64,000 bases of DNA from assembly GCA_038207335.1 (NCBI GenBank), contig JBBQZX010000004.1, positions 96,001 through 160,000 on the forward strand, in the 5' to 3' direction. The notes beneath the pieces are model-generated. The model was not told where the DNA came from, searched no databases, and was given only the letters and a program-made list of their open reading frames with translations. The stretch's first letter is position 1. Each line of letters starts with the position of its first letter. Source of the stretch: Chthoniobacterales bacterium (GTDB taxonomy: Bacteria; Verrucomicrobiota; Verrucomicrobiia; Chthoniobacterales; Chthoniobacteraceae). This document shows positions 1 through 9,189 of the stretch, in pieces. The translations under genes were made by a program, and so were the position numbers.

Positions 1-1093
1 ACGGGTATCGGAAATCGACGCCGCGAAACTCGACTTCGCCGCGCAGCCGCTGCGAATCGGTGTGGGCGATGTGCTCGGGCTCTTCGTCGAGCAGCTCGCG
101 GACGCGCTGGGTGGCGCCCAGTGCTTTTTGCAGGACGCTGAAGACCTCGGCGAAGGAGGACACGGAGCCGCCGACGAAGATGGTGCAGAAGATGAAGCGC
201 GTGAGCTCGCCGTGCGTAAGCTGCCCGGCCTGCATGAGCCGCGCGCCTTCCCACAGCACGAGCACGATTGAGCCAAAGATGCCAACGATGATGAATGCAA
301 TGAGCGCGGCACGATATTTCGCGCTTTTCAAAACCGAGTCGAGGAAAGCGTCGAGCCCCGCAGCGTATCGCTTCACTTCGAAGCCTTCGTTCGTGAATGC
401 CTTCACATTCGCGATCCCCTGCAGCGTCTCCTCGACGATCGTCCCAGTCTCCGCGAGACGATCCTGCGCGAGGCGCGAGAGCGCACGGATGCGGCGGCCG
501 AAAAGCACGGCAAGCAAGATCAGCACAGGAAAGGATGAAATCATGATGAGCGACAGGCGCAGCGACGTGAAGCCGATGACGGCGACGCCGCCGACGAGCA
601 GCACGGTCTGGCGCAGCGTCTGCGGCACCGCGCCGGTGAGCATGTCTTGGAGCTGCGCGAGGTCATTCGAAATGCGGCTCGAAAGCTCACCGACGCGGTG
701 CTCGCCGAAGAATTTCATCGGCATTGCGATGAGCTTTGAATACAGCGCGCGCCGGAGCCGGACGACGGCGCGTTCGCCAACGCGATTGAACGAGTAAGAC
801 GAATAAAACGTGAGCACCGCCTGGATGGCGAGCGTCGCGATGAGCAGCAGCGCGACGCTGTTCACGTCGCCGAGCCAGCCAGTCGCGAAGCTCACTTTCA
901 CCGACGGAATCGCGGCATCGAGCAGATGCCCGACGAGGAACGGGAACATGAGCCCGAAGCTCATCGACACGATGAGCGCGAGCACTGCGGCGATGAACGT
1001 CGCGCGCCACGGGCGCACGAAACTGAACAGCTCCAGCAACTCGCCGAACGCGGCTCTTTCAACCGGAACCGGTTGCGCAATGGCCGCTAGCAA
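1..1093 (-). CDS. ABC transporter permease/ATP-binding protein (MsbA-like exporter), 3' part runs off the window
   Basis: Manual minus-strand translation gives several TM segments and 'GERAVVRLRRALYSKLIAMPMKFFGEHRVGELSSRISND', typical of an ABC exporter TM domain. The start (TTG ~1093) is uncertain. Absent from the ORF track because there is no stop in the window. Confidence 0.85.
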   Translation of the reverse strand, partial: MLAAIAQPVPVERAAFGELLELFSFVRPWRATFIAAVLALIVSMSFGLMFPFLVGHLLDAAIPSVKVSFATGWLGDVNSVALLLIATLAIQAVLTFYSSYSFNRVGERAVVRLRRALYSKLIAMPMKFFGEHRVGELSSRISNDLAQLQDMLTGAVPQTLRQTVLLVGGVAVIGFTSLRLSLIMISSFPVLILLAVLFGRRIRALSRLAQDRLAETGTIVEETLQGIANVKAFTNEGFEVKRYAAGLDAFLDSVLKSAKYRAALIAFIIVGIFGSIVLVLWEGARLMQAGQLTHGELTRFIFCTIFVGGSVSSFAEVFSVLQKALGATQRVRELLDEEPEHIAHTDSQRLRGEVEFRGVDFRYP

Positions 1094-1122
1094 AGGATTT
1101 CCGGGCGATGCCGGCTCGCCGC

Positions 1123-1947
1123 TCACTCGGAATCGACCGGCTTCAGCTCGCGGATCCAGATGCTACGGTAGCGCTCTTTGTCGCCGTGATCCTGCAGGCG
1201 GAGCGGGCCTTTCTCGGGATGGACGTGGTACGTTCCGACCTGCTTGTGGGGCGTCTCGCCGGTGAGCTCCGTGTGGTTTTGAACGAGAACACCGTTGTGG
1301 AAGATAGTGGCGTAGGCGGGCGTCACCAGCTTCTCGCCGTCGAAGCGCGGACCGTTGAAAACGATGTCGTAGGTCTGCCATTGGCCCGGCGGCAGCGAGG
1401 CGTTCACGAGCGGCGGAGTCTGGCCATAAATCGCGGTCGCCTGGCCGTCGGGATAGGTCGGGTTTTCGTAGCAATCGAGCACTTGGATTTCGTATCGGCC
1501 GAACAGAAAGATGCCGCTGTTTCCCCTGCCCTGCCCCGAGCCTTTCGCAGGCACCGGTGCCGTCCATTCGACGTGAAGCTGCACGTCTGGACCGAACTCG
1601 TCCTTCGTCATGATGTCGCCGGTTTTGTTGATCTCCGCGTAGCCCTCCGCGACCGTCCACGCTGCTTCGTCACCGTTTCCCTTTTTCCATTTGGAAAGGT
1701 CTTTGCCATCGAAGAGCACGACTGCGTCGCTCGGCGGCGTGCCTGCTTTTTCCTGCGTCGGAAAGGTGCCGGGCGTGACGATTTTTGGCTGCGGCCGCTC
1801 GCCGTCGTGAACGTGCCATTTGCTGCCGGGAATGATCGGTGTGTCCTGGTAGCCGAGCGGGTGCTTGTCCTCCGCGAAGCCGCTTGGGATCAACGCTGCG
1901 GCGGATGTGGCGAGCGCGAGAAGGAGGGTTTTTGAATGAATTTTCAT
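1123..1947 (-). CDS. Secreted DUF1080 (3-keto-disaccharide hydrolase family) protein
   Basis: Signal peptide MKIHSKTLLLALATSAAAL; motifs LFDGKDL, GNSGIF, YEIQVLD, WQTYDI, LQDHG. Confidence 0.9.
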   Translation of the reverse strand: MKIHSKTLLLALATSAAALIPSGFAEDKHPLGYQDTPIIPGSKWHVHDGERPQPKIVTPGTFPTQEKAGTPPSDAVVLFDGKDLSKWKKGNGDEAAWTVAEGYAEINKTGDIMTKDEFGPDVQLHVEWTAPVPAKGSGQGRGNSGIFLFGRYEIQVLDCYENPTYPDGQATAIYGQTPPLVNASLPPGQWQTYDIVFNGPRFDGEKLVTPAYATIFHNGVLVQNHTELTGETPHKQVGTYHVHPEKGPLRLQDHGDKERYRSIWIRELKPVDSE

Positions 1948-1978
1948 GGCTTTGTTTTGAGGTTGAGAGGAGCGACGA

Positions 1979-2695
1979 TTACGCCGTTTCAGCCGCGGCT
2001 GGGGAAGCAGAATTCCGCGCGGTCTCGTGCAGCATCCGATTGATCGTTGCAGCTGCGTAGGCGGCTCCGAAGCCATTGTCGATATTCACGACTGTGACGC
2101 CGCTGCCGCAGCTCGTGAGCATTCCGAGCAAGGCTGCGAGTCCGTGAAAGCTTGCGCCGTAGCCGACGCTCGTTGGCACCGCAATGATCGGCCGAGTGAC
2201 GAGCCCGGCTACGGCACTGGGGAGCGCGCCCTCCATTCCGGCGATCACGATGAGCACGTTGCAGGCTTCGAGCCGCTCCCGCACCGCGAGCAGTCTGTGG
2301 ATTCCGGCGACGCCGACATCGGTGATGCGCTCGACGCGGTGGCCGAAGATTTCGAGCGTCACGGCGGCTTCGTCCGCGACGGGCAGGTCGGAAGTCCCCG
2401 CGCAAATCACCCCGATCGTGCCGTCCATTTTCGGCAGCGGTTGCTGCTCGACCGTGATGCAGCGAGCGCGCGCGTGCCACTGCGCGGCGGGAAATTTCAC
2501 TGCGAGGGCGGCGTGCTGCTCGGCGCGCGCTCGGCTCACGAGGAGCACATTTTCATGTTCTAAAATCGCGAGCCCGATCGCGGCGACTTCCTCAGGCGTT
2601 TTGCCATCGCCATACACGACCTCCGGAAAGCCGCAGCGGCGGCGGCGGTCGGTATCGACGCGCGCAAAACCGAGGTCGATGAACGGCTGCGGCAT
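1979..2695 (-). CDS. larB: Nickel-pincer cofactor biosynthesis protein LarB (PurE-like carboxylase)
   Basis: Motifs [56 protein letters not shown]. Confidence 0.9.
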   Translation of the reverse strand: MPQPFIDLGFARVDTDRRRRCGFPEVVYGDGKTPEEVAAIGLAILEHENVLLVSRARAEQHAALAVKFPAAQWHARARCITVEQQPLPKMDGTIGVICAGTSDLPVADEAAVTLEIFGHRVERITDVGVAGIHRLLAVRERLEACNVLIVIAGMEGALPSAVAGLVTRPIIAVPTSVGYGASFHGLAALLGMLTSCGSGVTVVNIDNGFGAAYAAATINRMLHETARNSASPAAAETA

Positions 2696-3171
2696 TATTG
2701 CTGCGCGTCGCTTTTAGAAAAAATCAGGCGCATTGGGATCATCGCAGACTCGACAAAACCGTGGGTACGGAAGAACCGCAGACCGTCGGCATTGATGCGG
2801 TCTGTCAGCAGCGTGATGCGTTTAAAATCCTTCTTCTTCGCATACTCGACGGCGTGCGAGAGCAGCCGCGCGCCGTATCCGTGGCCGCGATGATCGCGAT
2901 TAATGATGACATCTTCGAGCAGCACGACGAAGCCGCCCTCGGCGGTGCTGATCGTGATCAATAAATTGATCATTCCGACCGCGATGCCGCCCTGCCGCAG
3001 CACGAAAATGCGACCGCGGCTCGGGTCTTCGAGGATCAGCCGCAGCCCGCGCATCTGCTTCGCGCGGTCGGGCGTAAAGTCCGCCTCCTGCGTAAAAAGA
3101 TCGAAGAGCAGGTCGGTGAGCTGCGGCAAGTCTTCGATCGTCGCTTGCTCGATGGAAACGTCGTCGGTCAT
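2695..3171 (-). CDS. GNAT family N-acetyltransferase
   Basis: Acetyl-CoA motif '[11 protein letters not shown]'; its stop overlaps the larB start. Confidence 0.9.
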   Translation of the reverse strand: MTDDVSIEQATIEDLPQLTDLLFDLFTQEADFTPDRAKQMRGLRLILEDPSRGRIFVLRQGGIAVGMINLLITISTAEGGFVVLLEDVIINRDHRGHGYGARLLSHAVEYAKKKDFKRITLLTDRINADGLRFFRTHGFVESAMIPMRLIFSKSDAQQ

Positions 3172-3186
3172 GTCGCAGTGGGCGCG

Positions 3187-4839
3187 CTACTGGTCGAGCG
3201 CAGAGAGGATTTCCGCCTTCGGCACGCGGTCGGTGAATTCCGCAAACGTCTCGTCGCCGGTCTTCATGCGGTCATAGGTTTTCAGGAGCTTACCGATGAA
3301 AATGTGGACGTCTCTAGCGATGATCTTGCCTTTGAAAAGTTCGTTAAAGCGCCGCTTTTCGCCGAGCCGTCCGCCGATGAATGAGTCGTAAGCATCGACC
3401 ATGACGCCATCGACTTTTGTCCGCGCTCCGCGGAAGCCAATGTCGGCGATTTGATGCTGTCCGCACGAGCTCGGGCAGCCGCTAAAGTGGATGCGGATTT
3501 TGTTTTTATACCAGCCGCTCTGCGCCTCGAGTTGCTCGACGAGCAGCATCATCCGGTTCTTAGTTTCCGCGACGGCGAGGTTACAAAACTCGATGCCGGT
3601 GCAGCTCACGCAGCCTCTCCGGAAATTCGTCGGGCTATAGTCGAGCCCGAGCGCGTCGAGTTCGGTTTTCAGCGCCGGGAGGTTCATTTCCGGCACGTTG
3701 ATGATCAGCAGATTCTGCTTGTTCGTCAGTCGAATCGCGTCCCGACCGGGCGCGCAATATTTGCCGGCAAGCTCGCCGATTTTTCCGAGCACACCGTCGC
3801 GCAGTCGCCCGCCGGTGAAACAAATGCCGACCCAATAGAGATCGCCCTGCTTCTGCTTGTGGATGCCGAGATGATCGGCTTCCTGGTCACGCGGGATATC
3901 GGTGACGTCGTGACGATCGAGTTTGAAATCCAAGAACTCCTCGACCTTCTGCGCGAGGTGTTCGCCGCCGCCGTTCTCTTTCCCGCCGGCATTCCACCAA
4001 TCCTCGACGAGGAATTTGAACCGCGCGTTGTTGCGCTTCAGACGGTATCCGTGGTCACGGAAAATCGTACTCACTGCTTTGACGACGGGCCAGACCTGTT
4101 CCGGACGGATGAAGACTGGCAGACGTTTCGCGAGCTTTGGTGCGGAGGAAAGTCCGCCGCCGATCATGATTCCGTAGCCGCGTTCCTCGACGCCATCGAC
4201 GGTGCGCTTTTGTCCGAAAACCGAGCAGCAGTTGATGTCCGGTTGCGCGCAATTGATGCAGCAGCCAGCGATGCTGATTTTGTATTTCCGCGGCAGATTG
4301 GAAAACTCGCGATTGTCCGTCATCGCATCGGAGACCTCGTGAAGCTGAGGATTTCCGTCGATGAATTCCTCTGGATCGATGCCCGCGACAGGGCAGCCAA
4401 CGACGTTGCGCGTGTCGTCGCCACATGCGCCGCTGGTCGTCATGCCGACCGATTGCAACTCGGCGAAAATCACCGGGATGTCCTCGATTTTCAGCCAGTG
4501 AAACTGAATCGTCTGGCGCGTGGTGATGTCGCTGAATCCATGTCCGAAGCGGTCTCCGAGCTCACTGAGCTTCTGCGCCTGTGCGGCGTTCACCTGCCCG
4601 CCCGGCACCTTGATCCGCATCATGAAAAAGCCGCTTTCCTTCGGCTTCTGGCGATACACGCCGTACCATTTCATCCGGTCGAAATCGCCCGGATCGATCG
4701 AGGCGAAGCCCGTTTTCGCGTAGCGATAAATGTCGTGAATGACGTCGAGGCCGTCCTTGTCCATTTTGAGCTGCTCCATCGGCGTGATGGGAATGAGGCC
4801 CTGCTTGACGGCTGCGAAATTCGGCTGGATGTCGATCAT
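3187..4839 (-). CDS. Ferredoxin-dependent sulfite/nitrite reductase (siroheme, 4Fe-4S)
   Basis: Motifs MMRIKVPGG, TTRQTIQFH, LPRKYK, and Cys motif CTGIEFC...SGCPSSC. Confidence 0.92.
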   Translation of the reverse strand: MIDIQPNFAAVKQGLIPITPMEQLKMDKDGLDVIHDIYRYAKTGFASIDPGDFDRMKWYGVYRQKPKESGFFMMRIKVPGGQVNAAQAQKLSELGDRFGHGFSDITTRQTIQFHWLKIEDIPVIFAELQSVGMTTSGACGDDTRNVVGCPVAGIDPEEFIDGNPQLHEVSDAMTDNREFSNLPRKYKISIAGCCINCAQPDINCCSVFGQKRTVDGVEERGYGIMIGGGLSSAPKLAKRLPVFIRPEQVWPVVKAVSTIFRDHGYRLKRNNARFKFLVEDWWNAGGKENGGGEHLAQKVEEFLDFKLDRHDVTDIPRDQEADHLGIHKQKQGDLYWVGICFTGGRLRDGVLGKIGELAGKYCAPGRDAIRLTNKQNLLIINVPEMNLPALKTELDALGLDYSPTNFRRGCVSCTGIEFCNLAVAETKNRMMLLVEQLEAQSGWYKNKIRIHFSGCPSSCGQHQIADIGFRGARTKVDGVMVDAYDSFIGGRLGEKRRFNELFKGKIIARDVHIFIGKLLKTYDRMKTGDETFAEFTDRVPKAEILSALDQ

Positions 4840-4965
4840 GTCTGGCAAAAAAAGTCGGCAATTTTAAGGACGGAACCTCGTTTTGCAATCCAAAAGCCAG
4901 AGGAAGAACATCCAGACAAACCCCAATTGGCACCCGCGCCGGTGCGCTTACACTGCCCCGAACGG

Positions 4966-5232
4966 ATGAGAATCTTTCGAACACGGGCTTACTGCCGGCG
5001 ATGCAAACACCAACAGATGTTCGTGCGGGTGAAGATGCGGCACGGATTGCATCTTTTGATCACGGTGCTGACGGGCGGGCTCTGGGCGGTGAGTTGGGTG
5101 TCGATGTGGTTGGGGACAATTTTTCGCCCGTGGAGGTGTGAACATTGTGGCTGGCACGATCCGCAGTTTGCCGCAAAGCCATCGCACGAATCCCGAGATG
5201 TTTTGGGGGACGAGTCGCGCCGAGTTTCGTAG
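4966..5232 (+). CDS. Small membrane-associated zinc-ribbon protein (CxxC-hydrophobic hairpin-CxxC, LITAF-like)
   Basis: C-terminal part of ORF 3451..5232 starting at ATG 4966: CRRC...HGLHLLITVLTGGLWAVSW...WRCEHCG. Confidence 0.65.
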   Translation: MRIFRTRAYCRRCKHQQMFVRVKMRHGLHLLITVLTGGLWAVSWVSMWLGTIFRPWRCEHCGWHDPQFAAKPSHESRDVLGDESRRVS

Positions 5233-5238
5233 CGGTCG

Positions 5239-5868
5239 TCACCGGTTTTCGCCGGCTTTGTCGCGGAGAAAATCGGCGGCCATTTCGCGCACCTCGTGAT
5301 CGGGATCGCGGAGCGCTCCGCGGATAAGGGCGATCGCGCGAGGGTCGTCATCGTCGTCGAGTTGGGTGAGGGCGGATTCCCGCACGAGTTTCGGCTGAGG
5401 CGGCGCGACGGCGAGCGCGAGCAGCGTGAGCTTCTTTTCGCCGTGCAACTGCCCATCCATGTCGGCGAGCACTTCGAGCACCTTCATTTTGAAGTCGAAC
5501 CGCTTCTCCGTGCGAAAAATACGCATGAGCGAGTCGAGCGTATCAGGGGCATCCGACAAGCCGAGAAGGCGTAGGATTTCCATCCGATCGTCGAGCGTGG
5601 TGGCACTGGAAAAATAGCGGCGCTCAAGCGACCGCGGGCTTTCATCGACCTCGACGATAGCCATTTTCGGCAACGCCGCTGGGGTGGAAACGGGCTCGAC
5701 AATCTTCGGAGGAGATTGGGCCGGAGCGGGCCCAGGGGACGCGGGAGCGACTCGATCTTGCCGAGGAGTGGACGGCTGGCCTGGGGTCGCGATTTTCCTC
5801 TCGCAGCCGAACATGCAGATTGCAGCCGCAAGTGACAGGCCGGCGTATCGGGTGGAAAAGAAAGACAT
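5239..5868 (-). CDS. HEAT-repeat putative lipoprotein
   Basis: Hydrophobic N-terminus ending in ...MFGC, Pro-rich linker, helical repeats such as 'ALRDPDHEVREMAA'. Confidence 0.7.
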   Translation of the reverse strand: MSFFSTRYAGLSLAAAICMFGCERKIATPGQPSTPRQDRVAPASPGPAPAQSPPKIVEPVSTPAALPKMAIVEVDESPRSLERRYFSSATTLDDRMEILRLLGLSDAPDTLDSLMRIFRTEKRFDFKMKVLEVLADMDGQLHGEKKLTLLALAVAPPQPKLVRESALTQLDDDDDPRAIALIRGALRDPDHEVREMAADFLRDKAGENR

Positions 5869-5992
5869 GGACACAAATTTGGATTGACGCGCATCAGTCC
5901 CGTCGAGTTCAAAAGATACGTGGTTTCCCGGGCCCGGGGGGCCACTCAAAATGAACTCGCTAAGGCCAAGTGAAATGCAGTCGATTTACCTC

Positions 5993-7366
5993 ATGAAAAC
6001 CAAACGCATCTGTCAGTCGCTTATCTCCGCCGCAGCGCTTTCGCTCGGCGCCGCGCTCATCCCGGGCGCCACTGTCTTCGCCGCCGATCATGGCGACGGT
6101 CCCACGATCGCTTACGATCAGGCCGCCGACATCGCGGATGTTTATTTCTTCCTCGATCCGAACGACACTGCGAGGGCGGTGCTCATCGGCACTACCCACG
6201 GCTTTATCGTGCCCGGCGAGGCGTCGAATTTCGGAACATTCGATCCCGTCATCCGCTATCGCTTCGAGGTTTACAGCAAGCATGTGAACGTCGATCCGCC
6301 AGCTCCGACCGATAAGTCGGGGTTCAAGAAATACTTGAATACTGTCAAACCGGATAAATTCATCGACGTGACTTTTTCGCCACGGATCGCGAATCCTGGT
6401 CCGGCAGGCGCGGAAGCGCTTCAAGTTCTCGCGCCTCAAACAGCGACTCTGCAATTCACCGGCTTTTCGGGCATCAACAAAAAGACGAAATTCACGGCGG
6501 ATGCGACGAATCCGACCCTCGGATCGACGGAACTGCCGGCGACCATCACGCGAGTCGCGGGAGACGCTGCGGTGGACTTTTTCGCTGGAGAAACGGATGA
6601 CCCGTTCTTCTTCGATGTCCCGGCGTTCTCCGCGTTCATCAAGAGCGTCCGCGATGGCGCCCCGAACGGTGGAGTCTTCTCGCGGGGGCGCGACACGTTC
6701 GCTGGATACAATGTCATGACGATCGCGATCAGCATCCCCGCGGCTCTGCTGCGTGACGGTGTGACTGGGGACGACAAGGTCGGGCTCAACTTCCTGACGC
6801 AGCGGCATTTCATCCAATCGCCCACCAAGGACGGCACCGTGAAAGGCGTCGCGGGTTACAAGACGATTGATCGCGAAGGCAATCCCGCCGTCAACGCCGT
6901 GCTCATCCCGGCCAACCGGAAGAACAAATACAATGTCGCGACGCCGAAAGACGACGCGTCGCTGATCTTTGCACTTGATGAGCCCACCAAGAAGGGCGTC
7001 GCCGGCGAGCCGGGACTCCTCACAGTGTTTGCGAATCTCGGCGTTGTCGGCGGTCCATTCGACGGCTTCGGTGCCAGCAGTGCGGGAACCCTCGCGGCGC
7101 TCGCAGTCCTGCACGGCGACGTATTGACGCTCAACACGAATCCCGCAGCGGCACCCGGCTTCCCGAATGGCCGCCGTGTTCAGGACGACGTCGTCGATAC
7201 GCTGCTCTCCGTCGTCAGCAATGGCGCGCTGACACCGCAGACGTCGATGGCAGCCGGTGGCGACAATGTCCTCGGCAACGATGTCCCGTTCCGCACGGTG
7301 TTCCCGTTTGTCGCGCCGCCGCAGCAGCCGCGGGCCTCTGGAGTGGACGATAACACGCGCAACTAA
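5993..7366 (+). CDS. Secreted DUF4331 family protein
   Basis: Signal peptide followed by ADHGDGP, DIADVYFF, GETDDPFFFD, IDREGNPAVN, GFPNGRRVQDDVVD. Confidence 0.85.
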   Translation: MKTKRICQSLISAAALSLGAALIPGATVFAADHGDGPTIAYDQAADIADVYFFLDPNDTARAVLIGTTHGFIVPGEASNFGTFDPVIRYRFEVYSKHVNVDPPAPTDKSGFKKYLNTVKPDKFIDVTFSPRIANPGPAGAEALQVLAPQTATLQFTGFSGINKKTKFTADATNPTLGSTELPATITRVAGDAAVDFFAGETDDPFFFDVPAFSAFIKSVRDGAPNGGVFSRGRDTFAGYNVMTIAISIPAALLRDGVTGDDKVGLNFLTQRHFIQSPTKDGTVKGVAGYKTIDREGNPAVNAVLIPANRKNKYNVATPKDDASLIFALDEPTKKGVAGEPGLLTVFANLGVVGGPFDGFGASSAGTLAALAVLHGDVLTLNTNPAAAPGFPNGRRVQDDVVDTLLSVVSNGALTPQTSMAAGGDNVLGNDVPFRTVFPFVAPPQQPRASGVDDNTRN

Positions 7367-7382
7367 CCGCCCGAAAATCCAG

Positions 7383-7415
7383 CCGCGCCGGTTGCCTCGC
7401 AGCCGGCGCGGTTTT
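7383..7415 (+). terminator. Probable intrinsic terminator/attenuator hairpin
   Basis: CCGCGCCGGTTGC-CTC-GCAGCCGGCGCGG followed by TTTT, just after the DUF4331 stop. Confidence 0.6.
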
Positions 7416-7436
7416 CATGTACGCCCATCGCGTTCC

Positions 7437-8600
7437 GTGCAACAAATAACCTCAAAGCGACTCGTCGCTCTCCTCTTTCTCTTCTTTCTCCTCTTTTTCT
7501 CTCTGCGCGCATCGGCTCATCCAGTCGCGCAGGGAGCGATGGACCTCGTCATTCATCCCGATAAAATCACGCTCCATGCGCGCGTCGCGAATGAGCAGGC
7601 ATTCATCGCGGAGGTCTTCGCCACAAGTGCGCCGGAGGATGCGGGGCTCACGGATTTGTGGAAGCGGCACGGCGCTTACATGCTCGAGCATGTCTTCCTC
7701 GATGCGGACCGCACGCGGCTCTCCGGGCATCTCACCTCGGTCACGCCGCCCGTCAATACCACCGCCGCCGCGCGGGTTTCCTACGACTTCGATTTTACAC
7801 TGCCGCCCGGAAAGACGCAGCCCGCCGCGATCCATCTGGGCGAAGACGTGCTGAATGAAATCGAGTTCGCTCCCGGCAATCGCTGGGAAGCCAGCTACGT
7901 CGTCAGCATCACCACCGAGCGCGGCGGCGGCAGCGAAGCACTCCTGCTCACCTCGAAGCAGCCCATCGACTTTCACCCCGACTACGCTCCCACCGCCGCC
8001 GCGGCGCCGCGACTCGACCAACTCGCGCTCGCACGCGCATATCTCTGGCACGGGATCATGCACATCCTCACCGGATACGATCACCTGCTCTTCATGGCCG
8101 CGCTCGTGCTCGCCACGATCACCATCTGGGATTTGTTGAAAGTGGTCACTGCGTTTACGCTCGCGCACACGATCACGCTCACGCTTTCCGTGCTGAATAT
8201 CGTCCGGCTCCCGAGCCACATCGTGGAGCCGATGATCGCCGCCAGCATCGTCGTCGTCGCGCTGCAAAATGTCTTTTGGCCCGAGCGCAGCCGCGGCGCG
8301 GGACGGCTCGCCATCGCTTTCGGTTTCGGGCTTTTCCACGGCCTCGGCTTCGCAGGCGGGCTGCTCGACGCCATGTCCGACCTGCCCGGCGTCGCTGTCG
8401 CCACAGCTATCGTGGCCTTCAGCATCGGCGTTGAAATCGGGCATCAAGCCGTCGTGCTGCCGATCTTTTTTGGATTGAAATTCTGGCATCTCCCGGCTCC
8501 GAAACCCGGCGAGAGCCGCCTCGCGAATCCTGTCCTCCGCACCGGCTCCGGGCTCATCTGCGCAGCAGGCGTCGTCTATCTCGTCGCCGCGCTGCGGTAG
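7437..8600 (+). CDS. HupE/UreJ family membrane protein with N-terminal periplasmic domain
   Basis: Signal peptide ending ASA-HP; motifs GIMHILTGYDHLLF, TAFTLAHTITL, FGLFHGLGFA, VEIGH; start GTG 7437 inferred. Confidence 0.88.
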   Translation: MQQITSKRLVALLFLFFLLFFSLRASAHPVAQGAMDLVIHPDKITLHARVANEQAFIAEVFATSAPEDAGLTDLWKRHGAYMLEHVFLDADRTRLSGHLTSVTPPVNTTAAARVSYDFDFTLPPGKTQPAAIHLGEDVLNEIEFAPGNRWEASYVVSITTERGGGSEALLLTSKQPIDFHPDYAPTAAAAPRLDQLALARAYLWHGIMHILTGYDHLLFMAALVLATITIWDLLKVVTAFTLAHTITLTLSVLNIVRLPSHIVEPMIAASIVVVALQNVFWPERSRGAGRLAIAFGFGLFHGLGFAGGLLDAMSDLPGVAVATAIVAFSIGVEIGHQAVVLPIFFGLKFWHLPAPKPGESRLANPVLRTGSGLICAAGVVYLVAALR

Positions 8601-8601
8601 C

Positions 8602-9180
8602 TCACTTCACCACCAAGTCGTCTTCGGTCCACATTTTGCGGTCGGGGCCGGCGGAGTGGATTTCCATTTCGGTGCCGCTCAGCTGGTGGAAAAAGTAGGG
8701 CGTGTTCCAGCGGTCGATCATCTCGCCAGCGGCGTTCAGGCTGCTGCCGGGAGGAAGCGGGAGTTTGAGTTGCTTCGGGTTATCGCCCAGCAGCGCATGC
8801 GTGATTTCGGCGTTGGTGCCGACGGGATTGAGCCGGTTGGCGGTGCGGAAGTCCCGGAATGTGGTCTGGATTTCGTCGAGGTCGGCTTGGACGACGGCGA
8901 GGGGGATTTGTTTCCCAGGCGGCGGCAGGAGATCGGCAGGTGCGGCAGGCGCGGGGTTTTGAGATATTTCTTGCGCATCGGAACCAGTCGCTTTCTCCCC
9001 ATCCGAAGCAGGGAGTGAAACGGGTGCCGGTGCAGATGATTGCCCAAGAACCTTGTCTGTCACAGCTTTCGCAGGCGGTTCGACGCGCGCAGGAGCGGGA
9101 GAACTCGGCTGAGCGATATACCAGAAAAGCAGCGTCGCCGCGGCGAGTGCGATTAGGATGGCGAGTTTGCGCGCGTCCAT
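8602..9180 (-). CDS. Membrane-anchored protein with GspG/pseudopilin-like C-terminal domain
   Basis: N-terminal TM; C-terminal DRWNTPY...HSAGPDRKMWTEDD resembles the T2SS GspG DPWG..Y..SAGPD..DD motif; no prepilin cleavage motif. Confidence 0.65.
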   Translation of the reverse strand: MDARKLAILIALAAATLLFWYIAQPSSPAPARVEPPAKAVTDKVLGQSSAPAPVSLPASDGEKATGSDAQEISQNPAPAAPADLLPPPGKQIPLAVVQADLDEIQTTFRDFRTANRLNPVGTNAEITHALLGDNPKQLKLPLPPGSSLNAAGEMIDRWNTPYFFHQLSGTEMEIHSAGPDRKMWTEDDLVVK

Positions 9181-9189
9181 GCGCCGGGC

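Noticed and set aside
60..797. 245-aa plus-strand ORF
   Set aside because: Antisense to the ABC transporter gene that runs off the window edge
3451..4965. N-terminal part of the 593-aa plus-strand ORF
   Set aside because: Antisense shadow of the sulfite/nitrite reductase; only 4966-5232 looks like a real gene
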